Under the pieces are notes generated by a model. The model made no database searches, was not told the DNA's origin, and saw only the letters and a list, made by a program, of their open reading frames with translations. Positions 26,609 to 39,613 of a stretch of DNA of 64,000 nucleotides are shown here, piece by piece. Both the position numbers and the translations under genes were made by a program. Every line of letters starts with the position of its first letter. The first letter of the stretch is position 1. The DNA comes from Pavona decussata. Its lineage: Eukaryota. The stretch spans positions 372,001 through 436,000 of the forward strand of contig CDRNST010000018.1 of the NCBI GenBank assembly GCA_977016875.1. Reading direction: 5' to 3'.

Positions 26609-28895
26609 TTGTGTTAGCAGTTGTGAGGCGAAGCTCTACTAGTTTTTATCCAGAAACTGTGATTTCCTGGCGGAAGCCCTGGCCATTTGGCCTCCAGTTT
26701 TTCTAATGCCTATTTTGCCTTGTTTAAACGGCAGGTACGATGCCGGAGCATTCTGTTCATGATCATGATGTTTTTGTCGCAGCCTTGCCGCAGAATGCTC
26801 CTGTGCCTATTGAAGTAGATGGTTTGTACAAAGATGTCTCTGATAATGAAAACTTCTCCGACTGCAATTCTGAATTTGTGGATGAGGCTGCGCGCTTAGA
26901 GCGCAAATATTTTGATTCCTTGCATGTGGAAAACTCTCCGGAGAATGCTGTCTATTCTGATGCCAACGCGCCGGTAGATTGAAATCATCCCAAAGGTACT
27001 TTGCTTAGCGATTGCGAGAAAGAGCATTTCCATGCACTTAATGTCACTCCGGACCATCTGTGTTCGGTGTTTTTCAAGACTAATTCTTCCATGCCGGGTT
27101 CTGAAGTGTTTAATCTGCTCAAGAACGAAGGTTTCTTGCTAGAACACATCCGCTGTCTTCAGCGAAAGCCATCCGGCGAGATCTTTCTTACATTCCACAA
27201 CGCGGAACTACGTAATCCTTTCCTGGCAAAAATGTCTCTGGTACGCCGCCAGTGAGGCCAATCGACAAATTTTGTGCCGAATACAGCGAGGCGGTCATTC
27301 ACCTTTTTAACAGTGTACGACGCGCCGTAAAAACTCGCGGATTCTGCCATTATTCATCATTTGTGGCCTTATTGTGATGTCGCTTGGCATCGGCGTGGGA
27401 CATACAGGGATGGTGCTCATCCTGGTGTTTTTAACAGTCTCCGGCATTATCAAGTTCATGTCCATCATGCGATTCCAAGCTTCCTCCATTTCAGTAAATT
27501 TTTGCTACGCTTAAATCATGACGGCCAAGTGCCCACGTGTAGAAAATGTAACCGCTCGGGGCATAAAGCGGCAGAATGCCGTAACATTGAATGTTTTAAC
27601 TGTGACGGGCTCGGCCACACTTCTCGTGTGTGCGTGGCTGATGTACTGCTGCAATAGTAAGAGTGGGCAACACCTCGCCTGCTCATGCCCCTCATCCTGG
27701 CATCGTCAAACTCGCCGACACTCAGCCCAAAGTTAATCAACTGATGACAAGAGTGCCCGTGAAGATGAACAGGGTGATGGTGAAGGCCCCACCGCCGCTA
27801 ATGCTGCTGTTTACGATGCCCTGTTCCTTTTGGTGCTAAAAACCTGTGGCCTGGAGAAAACTTCACCGTTATCTCTGCTGATGCGTCTGATCAGCCGATG
27901 CTCGAGGATACCGCTGCCGGTTCTCCCTTAGTGGTTTCTGATCCCCGAATCCTGTGGTGAGCGATCTGGAATCTACTCTGACTGGCGGATTGGCAAGCTC
28001 AGCACCGAGTACCTCTGGCTCAACCTCGCTCATATATTCGCAGGATTTTCTGCGTCCTGTTGCTGATCAACCCTCGGATTCTCCTGCTTGTTCCTGTTGC
28101 GGTATCTCTTTCTGCATCTACCCCTGAGTCCGTGCCTGTTCTGTCACCAGCGTCAAATGTTCCTAGTGTGTTGCCTTCTGAATCTCCTGTGTTGTCTGAG
28201 ATCCCTCAGTCTACAGCTTCTTGGGCTGATATTGTGGACCATATTCCTGTTCCCGATCTTTCTGTTACGGTTGAAGTGCCTGTGAGTCGTCCTGTGGTGC
28301 CTGGTGGGAAACCTCCTGCCTCCACGACCAGCTGGACGCGTTGCGAGGAGAAAACCAGCACCGATTGTCAACACAGCAGTGCCAACACGGAAACCTACTT
28401 AGCCGTCGCGTGTCGTCGTGCTGCAGTCGCAAAAATCTGTGTCTGATGACGCGGCTGTCGTGACGCCTCTTCCTGAGAGCAATGAAGATAACATGGTTGT
28501 TGAGGAAAGTTCAAGGAAGCGTAAAGACCCCCCCAGCTGAGCCTTGAAGCTCTTTACGATCAACTCTCGTGGTTTTGGTCGTAGAAAAGAGCACTTGATC
28601 TTTGATTGCACGAAACAAAATGATATTGTTTTTGTTCCAGAAACTTTGATTTCCGATCTAAGTGAAATTGCTCGCTTGTCTGCTGGATGGTCGGGGCCGA
28701 GTTTTTGGTTTCCGGCGATCGGCAGACGGGGGTGTTTCTGTTTTGATTTTCAAAAATTTGAATGGCAAAGTTTTAAATTGGCGTGAAGACTCAGCTGTAA
28801 GGGTTCTTACTCTCCTTATTGAAATAGGAAGCTGTAGGATTAATTTTGTTAATGTGTACGCGCCCACCAACTTGACAGAGTGAAAGATTTTCTTT
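26609..28895 (+). mobile_element. Keno-like Tx1 element (lineage A) 5' part: ORF1 with three zinc knuckles and start of APE
   Basis: CRKCNRSGHKAAEC, CFNCDGLGHTSRVC; TINSRG and NVYAPTN. Abuts the U2 5' fragment; truncated into spacer. Confidence 0.88.
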
Positions 28896-29596
28896 GACAA
28901 CCTACATTCTGTTGCTTTACTGTACCTATAATTTGACGACAGAACGGCAATTACTTACATTTTACAACTTACTTGCAGCGCAGCGTGAAATCAATGAATG
29001 GAGCTGTCAAGCGGGCGATCGTGGAGCTGTCTTAAATGCGGGAAGGAACAGACGAACAAAACAGTGGCTACCAGAAAGAAGTTCGTCTGAATCGTAAGTA
29101 GATTTCCTTCTTGCTGGATTTGTTTAGTTGAATCAGCTTTTCGAGTTGTCGTTTTGTTGCAAAAAATTTCTGTCTTCTGTCGCGCTGATTTCCAGCCATT
29201 ATTAAACAACCGTTGAAAAATTGCGCTGTTTGTTTGTTGTGTTTGATTGTAGTTAAATGAATGATTGCTTGATTTTCCTCGCCTTGTATTTCATTTTCAC
29301 GTCTAAACGGCCCTGGAATTTTATTGAAGTCGAGTTTGTGTCGTCACCGTTATTGTCGCTTCGAATAATTTGATGTCGCAAAGTGTTAATTTGATGTCAT
29401 AAGCGAGATTAAAACATTGTTGCGCGCTCACGAACTCGGACCGCACATTGCGCCTGTGTTTGAGCATTTGAATGGCTTTTTTGCGGACTAAATGGTTGGT
29501 AGGCCTTTTATGTGTTCCCTGAACTGTTTTAAGAAGGCCGTATCGATCTTTCGCAAAAGGAAAAATCGTTGATTGCTCGCAAAAAACGTAAAAGAA

Positions 29597-29716
29597 AAGC
29601 CTACAACACGGAGTATTCCCAGGCAGTCACCCATCCAAGAACTAACCCTGCCCGACAGGGCTTAACTTCGGTGATGGGATGAGAACCGGTGTTTTCCCTG
29701 TGGTATGGTCGTAGAC
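29597..29716 (-). rRNA. 5S: 5S rRNA gene (diverged copy)
   Basis: Second 120-nt copy; TATAAA on the minus strand about 30 nt upstream (29743-29748). Confidence 0.95.
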
Positions 29717-30192
29717 AAGAGAAAGGGGCGGAAATTTACTGCTTTATAGGGAAGGTATCACAGGACACATGTAGCTTTTACCCTAAAGTAGGTTGTGAAA
29801 GTGACAAATTGATCGCGTTTCGTTCTTTTAAGCAGCTAGCCCATGACAACTCGCATGAAAAGCGGCATCAGCTGCAAATCAGCAATGTAGGAAAGTCGCC
29901 TAGAGGGCCTCGTTTCCACGAAATCACTTTCTGTTCACTTTCTTACACAAATTGTCAGCGGGTAACTATTAAACGTGACTATTTGTCGCTTTCAATACTG
30001 CCAGTTTCCTCGTAGTTCAGCAGCGTGTTGTGTCTGTTATTTGTTGGTGGTTTAAGGACGTCACAAGCCAGTAGACAGCTAACAAATGGGAGCCAGCTGT
30101 GCAACGGAAGCTGGAAATGCGACAGTTTTCGGGCCACCATACCTGGAGGCTATGGAACAAGAACCACCCTTCGTCCTGCCAATTTGTTCGCC

Positions 30193-30225
30193 ATCACTTC
30201 TCGGCCATTTGGCTTAGATCAAGTG
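30193..30225 (+). ncRNA. U2: U2 snRNA 5' fragment (nt 1-33)
   Basis: ATCACTTCTCGGCCATTTGGCTTAGATCAAGTG. Confidence 0.92.
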
Positions 30226-33200
30226 GTTGGTGTTCTTGTTTGATTTTTGTTGAAAGGGAATCCTAAGTACCCGCCGGGGGGGGGGGGGACAGCGAAGCCT
30301 TTTCCCCCTGTTTCTTTTTGTTCTGCTTTTATAGTTTTGCAGATTAACGTTCTTGGCCTTGTGGTATGGCCAATGTGTCTACTGATCCCCAGCATAGCTG
30401 GGCTGACCGTTTTGATGACTCTATGGAGGTTGAGGTTCCGTCTTCCTACGCACAAGCAGGTGGTCGTCTTCCTACTGATAGTATTTCTTCAGATTCTTTA
30501 TTTGGTGGTCTTTTGCTTAATTATACACCCGTATGTCGGTTGCCGACAGAGACAATATTCATCCCTTTTATATGCTGTCGGAGCGGCCATGTTCTGCCCA
30601 CTTCATGTTGTCTGACAAAGAAGTACCTCTTCCCGACATGTTTGCTGACTTCAAAAGCTGCGGGATCGTCTGGCGGGTGTTCATTGTGTACAACGCAGTG
30701 CGAATGGTTTTGTCTCCGTAACGTTTTCAAATTCTGAATATCGTAACTTGTTTATTCGTAAATCGTTGTTCATTCCTTGTCATCGTAATTATCGTCGGGA
30801 TCCGTCTTCCTTGTATACTTTTGTGGCCGTTTTTGATGCTCTGTATGAACTTCACGATGAGGCTCTACATCACTGTCTCAGTAAGTATGGAACTGTTTCA
30901 AACATTAGAAGGTGTAATCTACATGGTTACGATGGTATCCAAAGTGGTACTCGCGTTGTCAAGATGGACTTGGTTGAGTCTATTCCTTCTTTTATGCGTT
31001 TTGGCTAGAAATTAGTGACAGTGAAACATGAGGGGCAGGTCCCCACATGTCGCAAATGCCATCTTCCTGATCACGTGGCTCGCTCGTGCCCGAATACTGT
31101 TTGTTTCAACTGCGACAAACTGGGCCACACGTTTCGTGACTGTCCTGAAGTAATTAAGTGCAGTATTTGTAAGGAGGACAGCCATTATGCAGTTGATTGC
31201 CGCCTTTCTTGGTGGCGCCAAATTGAAACTGCAGCCGATAATGAAGAAAACCTTTTGTTCGCTACCGCTGTCCTACAGCCTACTTTGCGACCGCCTGCTG
31301 GTGACCTTCCTTTTGATGTTTCTGATCGTGCTTCACCCTCGTCGTCTCTGCCTACAGCATCTTCTGTTCCCCCTTCATCTCCTGATGCTCCAATTGATGT
31401 TTCTGAGTCTGCCACCGCAGTTCCTGTGTCTAGTGGTATCTCCGCTTCATCTTCATCTGCGGCTAAGCCTGTTCCTGTTTCAGATGCTTCGATGGATTCT
31501 TCTGTGCCTGCCTCTGCTGTTCCTGTGCCCCAATCTGTTGATTCTGCACTGGCTCCCCCAGATGATTTCTCTGATTCTGCGCTAGCTGCCGCTGCCTCCA
31601 ATGTTTCAGTTGCTGCTCTTGCTGATCAGGTCTTATCTCCGTCTGCTTCTGATTGTGCCCACGATGGCTTGTTTCACCATCTCCCTCGCAAGCAGAGGCT
31701 CCAGTTGCTGCTTCACCTGTACTGTTTTCCTCTCCTGCTTCTTTTGCCTCACCGTCTGTTTCTTTGCCTGCTACCCACCCTGAACCGGAGATAGTTGAAC
31801 CTGCATAGAGGCCCTCCGATCGTCCCCCTGATGATCTTTTGCTTGCCCAAGCCTTGAAACACTCTAACATGCCACAAATTAAACCTAAGCCTATTGGGCG
31901 TCAGCCGGGTAAAATGGACAATTCTCATATTCCACTTACTTGTAAGTCCAGTAAGTCAAGTGTTGTGGGTCCTCTTCGGAAGGATAACAACTCTTCCTTA
32001 TGTTTAAATTACTATCAATTAACTCCCGCGGCTTTGACCGCTGCAAGGAGAATTTAGTTTTTGATTATGTCTGCTCTTCTGATGTTTATGTTTGCTTTGT
32101 TCAAGAAATTTCACTTTCTGATTCCTCTGTTCTCCGTTCTCTTGCTTCTCGATGGCAGGAGGCCCTGTTTTTGGTCCCCCTCCATTGGTCCTCAGGGGGG
32201 AACTTTAACCTTATTGTCAGAACGTTTTGATGCTAGTGTTTTGTCTTGGCGTAGAGATGCTGCGGGAAGAGTTGTTAGCCTTTTGGTGCAATATAATGCT
32301 GTTAAGATAAAATTAGTTAATTTTTATGCGCCTACGAATTTGATGGATTGGAAGGATTTCTTTGATAATTTCCATGAATTTTTTCTCTCCGCCGACGCTA
32401 GTATTCTCGGGAGTGACTTTAACGCCTATGAATCCGATCTGGATAAACATGGCGGGGTTTTGTCTCCCTCTAAGTTTCTGTCTGATTTTCGCTCTGCTCT
32501 TCGTTTCATTGATATTTTTCGTAAGCTTCACCCTCGTGCTCGGGAATACTCCTGGTTAAATTCTGATTTTTCTATCGGTAGCTGTCTAGATAAGTTTTTT
32601 ATCTCTTCGAATTTTGTCCATTTGGCTCAGTCGCGCCATATCTCGCGTTGTTGTTTTTCTGATCACGATTTTGTTCATTTGCATTTTAACTTGAATAATG
32701 ATTCCCCACGCGGACCTGGCTTATGGAAGTTTAATAACTCCTTGCTTCAACATCTTGATTTTTGTTCGATAATTTCTCATCGTATTGATGATCTTTCATT
32801 GTGTATTGATTCCTTGCCGTCCGTCAAACTCTGGTGGGATTTTTTTTAAAGCGTTCTCTGCTAGGCCGAAATTATTTCCTTTGCTGCTGGGAAGCGCAGG
32901 AATTTAAATCATAAACGTATTGTTGTTATTAATCGCTTAATTATTAGCACACAGCATCTTGTCCAGGGCGATGAATCAGTTGCTGCTGAAATTGTCGCCT
33001 TGGACTTCCAGTTAAAGTCACTTACTTTAAGGGATCTTGAGGGTGTCAAAACTCGTAGTAAAGCTCAATGGTTAGAGGAGGGCGAGAAACCTACGCGCTT
33101 TTTAAACTTGAGCGTGAGCGCATTGAGTGTAATTCTTTAGCGTCTACTTTAAATTCTGATGGTACTGAGGTTTTTTCTCGTGACGAGATTGAACATGGTC

Positions 33201-36200
33201 ACATGCTTTTTTGTGCCAGGCACCTTCTTGGTCCCTATTTCTTACAAGTAGCTTGTGAATGCTTGTGTGATGTTGGCTCCCTCAGTCAATGAGGGGTAGC
33301 GCCACGCGTCTGATCTATAAGAAATGAGGTGATAGGAGAGATTTGAAGAACTGGCAGCCCATCAGTCTTCTCAATGTCGATTATAAAGTTCTTTCTAAGG
33401 TCCTTACTACTCATTTGACTCGCGTTCTTAGTTCTGTGGTTCACCCTGATCAAACTTGTACAGTCCCTGGCCGTTCAATTCCTCCTAATGTTGTTATGTC
33501 ACGTAATATTTTGGATTATATTGAGCAGACTGATGAGGCGCCAATTCTTGTCAGCCTTGACCAAGAAAAGGCTTTTGATCGTGTTGACTGTTCCTTTCTC
33601 TCTGATCTCCTTTGTCACCTCGGCTTCGGCCCTATTTTTTTGGAAGTGGGTTTCCATCTTGTACAAAGGCACCTTTTTGCGGATTAGGGGTTTTCTCCTA
33701 CCTGGTGCTCATGGTCGCCAAGCTAAGGTGAGAATTTATGCTGATGACACCACGACCATTTTAAAAGATCTTTTCTCTTTCCGCTGTCTTTTCGATTTGA
33801 TTTCAATTTATGAACGTGGTTCTGGCGCTAAGCTAAATTAATCTAAAACAGAGGCCATGTGGTTAGGTTCTTGGCAGTCTCGCACCGATGAGCCTCTTGG
33901 GCTCACATGGGTCCGCAAAATGAAAATTTTGAGTGGTGTATTTGGCACCATGCCTGTTGAGATTGACAATTGGCAACCTAAATTAGAGAAGTTAGAGAAA
34001 GCACTTAATCTCTGGAAATCCCGTTCTTGCTCTCTTGTTGGCAAGGCCTTCATTGTTAATGTCCTTGGCCTTAGCAAACTTCTTTATCTTGGTCGACTTT
34101 TGCTTATGATTACGTGGGTGCTCGCGCATGTTAATCAGCTAATTCGGGGTTTTGTCTGGGGGTCTCGTATGGAGACTGTCAGTCGAAACACTTGCTCCTT
34201 AGATGTGAAATTAGGCGGTTTAGGTATTTCCAATCTTAAGCTTAAGTGTCAAGCCCTTTTGTTATCTTTAATTGTTACGACTATTTCTAACCCTGATGAT
34301 TCTAGTTTTTTTCTTTGCGAATATTTTATTGGCCGCCGTCTGTCATCTATGCGTGTTGAGTGGGCTGGGCTTCGCGATGTATCCTCGCCTAGTTCAGCCT
34401 CCCCTACGCCTTATTTATGCGCATCTTTTAAGTATGGTTGCTTCCCTTCCTGTCGTTCCTTTTGTATGGTCTCACTTCCTTCCTTCTAACTTTTCCCTTA
34501 CGCGTCACTGGTCTCTTGTCCGGGACAGCTTTTCTGAGAATTTTAAGAATGATCTTTTGTGGTTGATTACCTTGCGGGGGGTTAAGGTGAGAAGTTCTCT
34601 GAAAACCTGGGGCTATATTGACTCTGATATTTGCGCTTCCTCTCCCAGACGAGAGACCATTGATGACTTTTTTTTTGCATCGTCCTCGTGTTAAGAGGGT
34701 GTGGACCCACTTCCGTCCTTTCCTTTCCTTTCTTCGATTCTGCAAGCTAATTTTGCTGTCAATCTCCTTTTTGTTTTTTTCTCTCTCTGGCCCTCTCCCT
34801 CCGCTAAAAAGGCAAAACTTGCACGCCTGGTCGTGAAATCCATTCTCTATAGCATTTGGTCTTTCCGTTATAAGTCTACTTTCCATAATGGAACTGAAGA
34901 TCATCGAGCTATTATTCGTTAAGTCTCCAGCGATCTTAAGCGTTGAGTCTCTGTTGATTTTTTTCTGCTTTTCTGAATCTCGTTTTTCCATTTGTTTTTT
35001 TTTTTTGCGACTATTATTTATTTTCAAAAACCAACAATATTACAAAAAACATTGGCATGTTCCAGTTACATCAAGCAAATAATTACAGAACAGAAAATTG
35101 ATGCATACAACACAAGCCTTACAGACAAAAGAGGCGTTTACAGGACAAATAAAATAAAATAAAGTCAAAAAAAAATTATCAGTAGCTAAACAGTTTTCTA
35201 CAGCCGTTTTCTTTATATAGTTTGGTGGCAGCGGTGGATAATAACATTCACGTCAGATAATAATAAGGACCGTTTGGTAGCTACCTCAATGTGCTAGGGA
35301 ATAGGGACTAAGCTTAGAAAGGTGTGACCCTAAATTTTTTTTCTTGATTTCCAATTAATATTGAGGAAAGGGAAGAGAGGCTCCCATTTCTTTTGATTTG
35401 CTCTTGACTTATAAGACTCAATGTGAAATTTTGATTTTAGAACCAGAAGGAAGCTTTTAAAAAGTTGGATCTTATTGTTTACCCTGCAACACCATATGAA
35501 GTACCTTGCTAAAAGAAAGCACAAATTCAGTTGAAGGGCGGACACGGAGTTGTCACACCTCAGACCTAAAAAAATGGCCACATCTTTTGAATAGTTTCTT
35601 GGTATTAACTTAAACCGCTCTAGCCTTTCAACCAAATTATCCCAAAAAAGAGACCTTTGGACAGAGCCAAAATAGGTGGGCTAGGTTTTCCGAGGAGCCG
35701 CTACAGAAAGAGCAATTCTGGTCTTCTTTAATACCAATTTTGGTTAGAAAAACGTTTGTGGGTAGGATACAGTGAAGAAGCCTGTACTGGAAGTTAAAGA
35801 GTTTTGTGCTTTTGGTACACTTAGCTGCTAGCCCATAAGCGGCTTTCCAATCAGGAGTCCAATTTTCATCAGAGGGAAAACTGTTCCATTTCAGTTGGCT
35901 TTAATCCAATCCATAAGGCTTCCGTCTTAGTGTTGTTAAGTCTGAGACCAGACACACTGCCAAACTTTTCAAGTGTATCAAGAGTGGCAGATAAAGAATT
36001 TCTAGTTCCATTAAGGATAAATGTTGTGTCGTCTGCATACTGACTTACTTTAATTTCTGTATTGTTAACAGAGATTCCTTTAATATTATCGTTGGAGCTT
36101 ATTGCTTTGGCTAAGATCTCTGCCGAAAGTATGAAGAGATATGAAGAGAGAGGGCATCCTTGCCTAACCCCTCTTTGTAATTCAAAGAAACTGCTTGATC

Positions 36201-39200
36201 ACCCATTATCCAGAACACAGCTTTGAATGTTTTTGTAAAAAGTTTTAAACCAATGTATTAAAGAGGGTCTAAAACCAAAGTATTGGAGTGTGCGCTCGAT
36301 AAAAGGCCGTTCCAGCAAGTCGAAGGCCTTTTTCGAAATCTATAAAAAGTAGTAGACCTGGTATATTTTTTTCTGACGCATACTTGATAATACAATCTAT
36401 CAGCCGTATGTTTTCTCCGATGCATCTTCCTTTAAGAAAGCCAGTTTGATCGTTGTTAATAAGTCTTGGAATAACAGTCTTTATCCGGTTTGCTATGGCT
36501 TTTGCAGCTATTTTATAATCACAGTTCAGAAGAGTTAGTGGGCGCCAATTTTTTTAAAAAGTATGATTCGGAATCTTTCTTCGGTATAAGTTTAATAATA
36601 CCTCGTCTCTGTGTGATTGAGAGCATTCCTGAGTCATAGCATAGTTGAAACAACTGATTAAAAAAGGGGACAGGTCTTTCCAAAATATTTTGTAAAAATC
36701 AGCAGGGAGGCCATCCGTTCCGGGGGTTTTGTCGGGTTCCATGTTTTTTAAAGCCTCTAGACACTCTTTTTCCGTTAATAGGCCCTCACAGCTCGCTGAT
36801 TCATCGTCGTTCAGGACAGTTTCATTCTTGGGCTCGAAAAAATTGTTTTCTGGTAGTTTTTGGTTTATGCATGACGAATAAAGCTCTGAAAAGTAAGTTT
36901 CGCACTCAGTTAGGATGTCTTTATCTAAGGTGACAAATTCATGTTCACTAATTTTAAGCTGACTTATTGTGCTGAGTCTAAAATGGTTAAGGTTAAGAAA
37001 ATATTTGGTGCTTTTTTCACCCTCGTTGTACCATTTAGCTTTACACCTTAAAATTGCCCCTTGGGTGCACCATCGGATTATCTGCTCTAATTCAGTTTTG
37101 CAAGATTCAAGTTGCTCTGTTAAGTTCGTTTTCTGAGGTGCGTTGGCTGGAAGATCTTTAAGTTCTCTTTCCAGTAAGGCGATTTGCTCTACTAGTTCGA
37201 GTTCTTCATGTATGATGTTACGTTTTATGGCCGCTGCGAAGCTAAGAGATTCCTCTCGGACTTTAAGTTTAATCATGTCCCAAAGTAGGGCAGGGTTCAT
37301 CGTTTTCGTATTCTTGTTTCGTTTGTTTGATGGTCCGCTTTATCAAGTCGATGTAATCAGCGTCGACTAAGAGCGATGTGTTAAGTTTCCAGAAACCACG
37401 TCCCCTAGGGTTTGAGTGTAAGGAGATATTTATTGTAATCAAAGGAATGGTCTGTTTTATAGCCCGGAAGGATATATGCTGAACTGACAATGTCCACGAG
37501 ACTTTGACTTACAAGGAAGAAATCAAGTCTACAATGAATCTCAGGTCGTGATTGACGCCACGTATACCTTCTGCCTCCTGGATTTAAGATTCTCCAAGCG
37601 TCTACAAGGTCAAGATTTTCGCATATGTCACAGACTGTATTTTTAGCGTTCTGGTGTGTTTTTGCAAGGCCACCTTGTTTATCCCTTCTCCATATCTAGG
37701 ACAAGGTTGAAGTCCCCTCCCAGTATGATTTCGTTATTTTGAAAGTCTAAGAGGTGATCAGACAAAGCTTTAAAAAAAGTTGGATCGTCTTCATTTGGGG
37801 CATATATGTTCGCTTAAGTTATAATTTTTCCATTCAATTTAAATTCACAAATTATATAGCGGCCCGAACTATCGGTATAAGATTTCATGATTTGGATGTC
37901 AAAGTTGTTGTTGAAAAGGATACCTACACCTGCCTTGTTGCTTGAAAAAGTGCTAAAAAGGCTTTTGTAACCCCATTCAGCGGCCCAAAGGTGTGACATT
38001 TCTTCCTAACAATCCGTTTCTTGTAACAGATAAATGTCAAATTTCTTTGATCTCAGCCAATTAAAAACGTCTCTTCTTTTGGCGCTATTCCCTAGGCCCC
38101 GTACATTGAGAGAAGCTACCGTAATTACATTGTTATCAATTTTTGTATTGAGATAAAACTGTCGAAATGTAGTGATCCACTGCGTTGCTCGATTGTTTGA
38201 TGATAATAGCGTTTTGCTGTATGGCTGTAATTTCCATTGCAGTTGTAAAAATAAATTTTAAAGAGCTAGCCAGTTGGTCGTACACGGTAAAAATATGACA
38301 AATTATATAAATGGCTTGCGCTTGATGTCTCAAATATGTTTACACGGAGTCTAAATAAGAAACCAAAGGAATAACATCAAAACAAAAAACGAAGACTATG
38401 ACAACAACATTCAGAGTGCGTAAAATTAAGCTAATAAGAGTATAAGAAGTGGAAAAACAAAAACAAAAAAATATATAGAAAGTACATAAAATCCCTTAAT
38501 CGGCTTGAGTTGTAAGTGGCAAGCGGGCACTGAAAACTTGTTAGGCAGCTAGACCGCCCGCCTCAAAAAAAGAATAATTAATTTTAGAGATAACTAAAGA
38601 ACAACACAGTTACTCATCATTCTGTGGCATCCAGTGGTTTTCCGCAAGGCCAGAAGTCACCATTGATATACAGCTTATCTGGCTGGCTTCTGCTGAACGA
38701 GGCTCTCATGCCATTTCGTCGTGCCTCCTTAAATACTGCCATCTGATCCTTTCTGCGCTTGATGATTTCCCATTTGTTGGATTCTTGAAAATGTTTGTGC
38801 CATGGAGAATGGGTTTCCGCGATTTTATATCTAGTTGTATATTCAGATTCCCATTTGTTACTGTGCGCTGTTCGTGTTTAGTGTAATCAAAGGCTTTCTT
38901 TAGGGATTTTGTTTATTCTATACTTCAAAGGCTCTGTTGTTAGGGATTTTGTTTTGCATATTTACGCTTACTCCGGTGTCATTCGTCTTTCTTTGTATAC
39001 ATCTTAATGTAACTAGGCGTTTTGTTGATATTGTATTTTTCCTTTTTTTGGGTGGTTTGGGCCTGGCCGTGGCAAAGCTCCCGGGATCCTCTCCGCCTGT
39101 TTGCAAATATCCCTTAGTTAGCTTGTTAATTTATTAGTTGTTTAGGTCGTTTGATCTTTGTTTTTTCCTTTCCTTAAGTTTTGTAATTTTTCTTTTTTGG

Positions 39201-39248
39201 GGATCCTTTGCTTCCATCTTGTGAATAAACTTGTTATTTTCACCCAAA
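30226..39248 (+). mobile_element. Near-complete Keno-like Tx1 element (lineage A) with both U2 junctions, containing a nested antisense L1
   Basis: ORF1 with three CCHC knuckles (31015-31794); ORF2 from 32000 (SINSRG, LDQEKAFD, YADD); AATAAA at 39224; U2 resumes at 39249. Confidence 0.92.
34997..38769 (-). mobile_element. L1-group element, 5'-truncated in ORF1, with 9-bp TSD
   Basis: Minus-strand ORF1 tail (RRKDQMAVFKEARRNG..DKLYING) and ORF2 (SLNVRG, GDFN, KTPGTDGLP, YADD). T-tract at 34997-35006; CCATTTGTT at 34988-34996 and 38770-38778. Confidence 0.92.
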
Positions 39249-39398
39249 ATCTGTTCTTATCAGCTTAATATCTGATACGCTGCTCATTGAGCAGCTCATA
39301 TATCAAACTGATTTTTGGAACTGGGCTGTGGAAAAGAGGCTTACCTTGTCCCAGCCACGGGTTGCCTGGGTATCGCACTACCTCCAAGCGCGGCCCAC
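39249..39398 (+). ncRNA. U2: U2 snRNA 3' part (nt 38 to end)
   Basis: ATCTGTTCTTATCAGCTTAATATCTGATACG, Sm site ATTTTTG, stem-loops III and IV. Confidence 0.93.
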
Positions 39399-39534
39399 TT
39401 CCCCTCAGGGAAGAAATAATCAGCTAAAAACAATTGAAATTGAATTGAACTTTGTGTCTCTCTCTCCCCATAGGATGTATGTAGAGGCAGGACACTGACA
39501 GGACAAGTCCCGGATCTGATGGCCACTAAAAGAA

Positions 39535-39595
39535 AAACCACAAGGGATATAGGGCTAAGGCAATTTTTCCGTTGTTGAGGGGCGCAAAGCATTTT
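39535..39595 (+). promoter_or_regulatory. U1 proximal upstream region (candidate PSE near -59 to -40)
   Basis: Conserved before all three U1 5' ends (24917-24967 partial, 39535-39595, 44602-44662). CCAC..AGG(G)CT occurs at the same offset before U2. PSE identity is inferred from position only. Confidence 0.45.
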
Positions 39596-39613
39596 ATACT
39601 TACCTGACACAGG
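39596..39613 (+). ncRNA. U1: U1 snRNA 5' fragment (nt 1-18), interrupted
   Basis: ATACTTACCTGACACAGG after the U1 upstream region. Confidence 0.9.
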
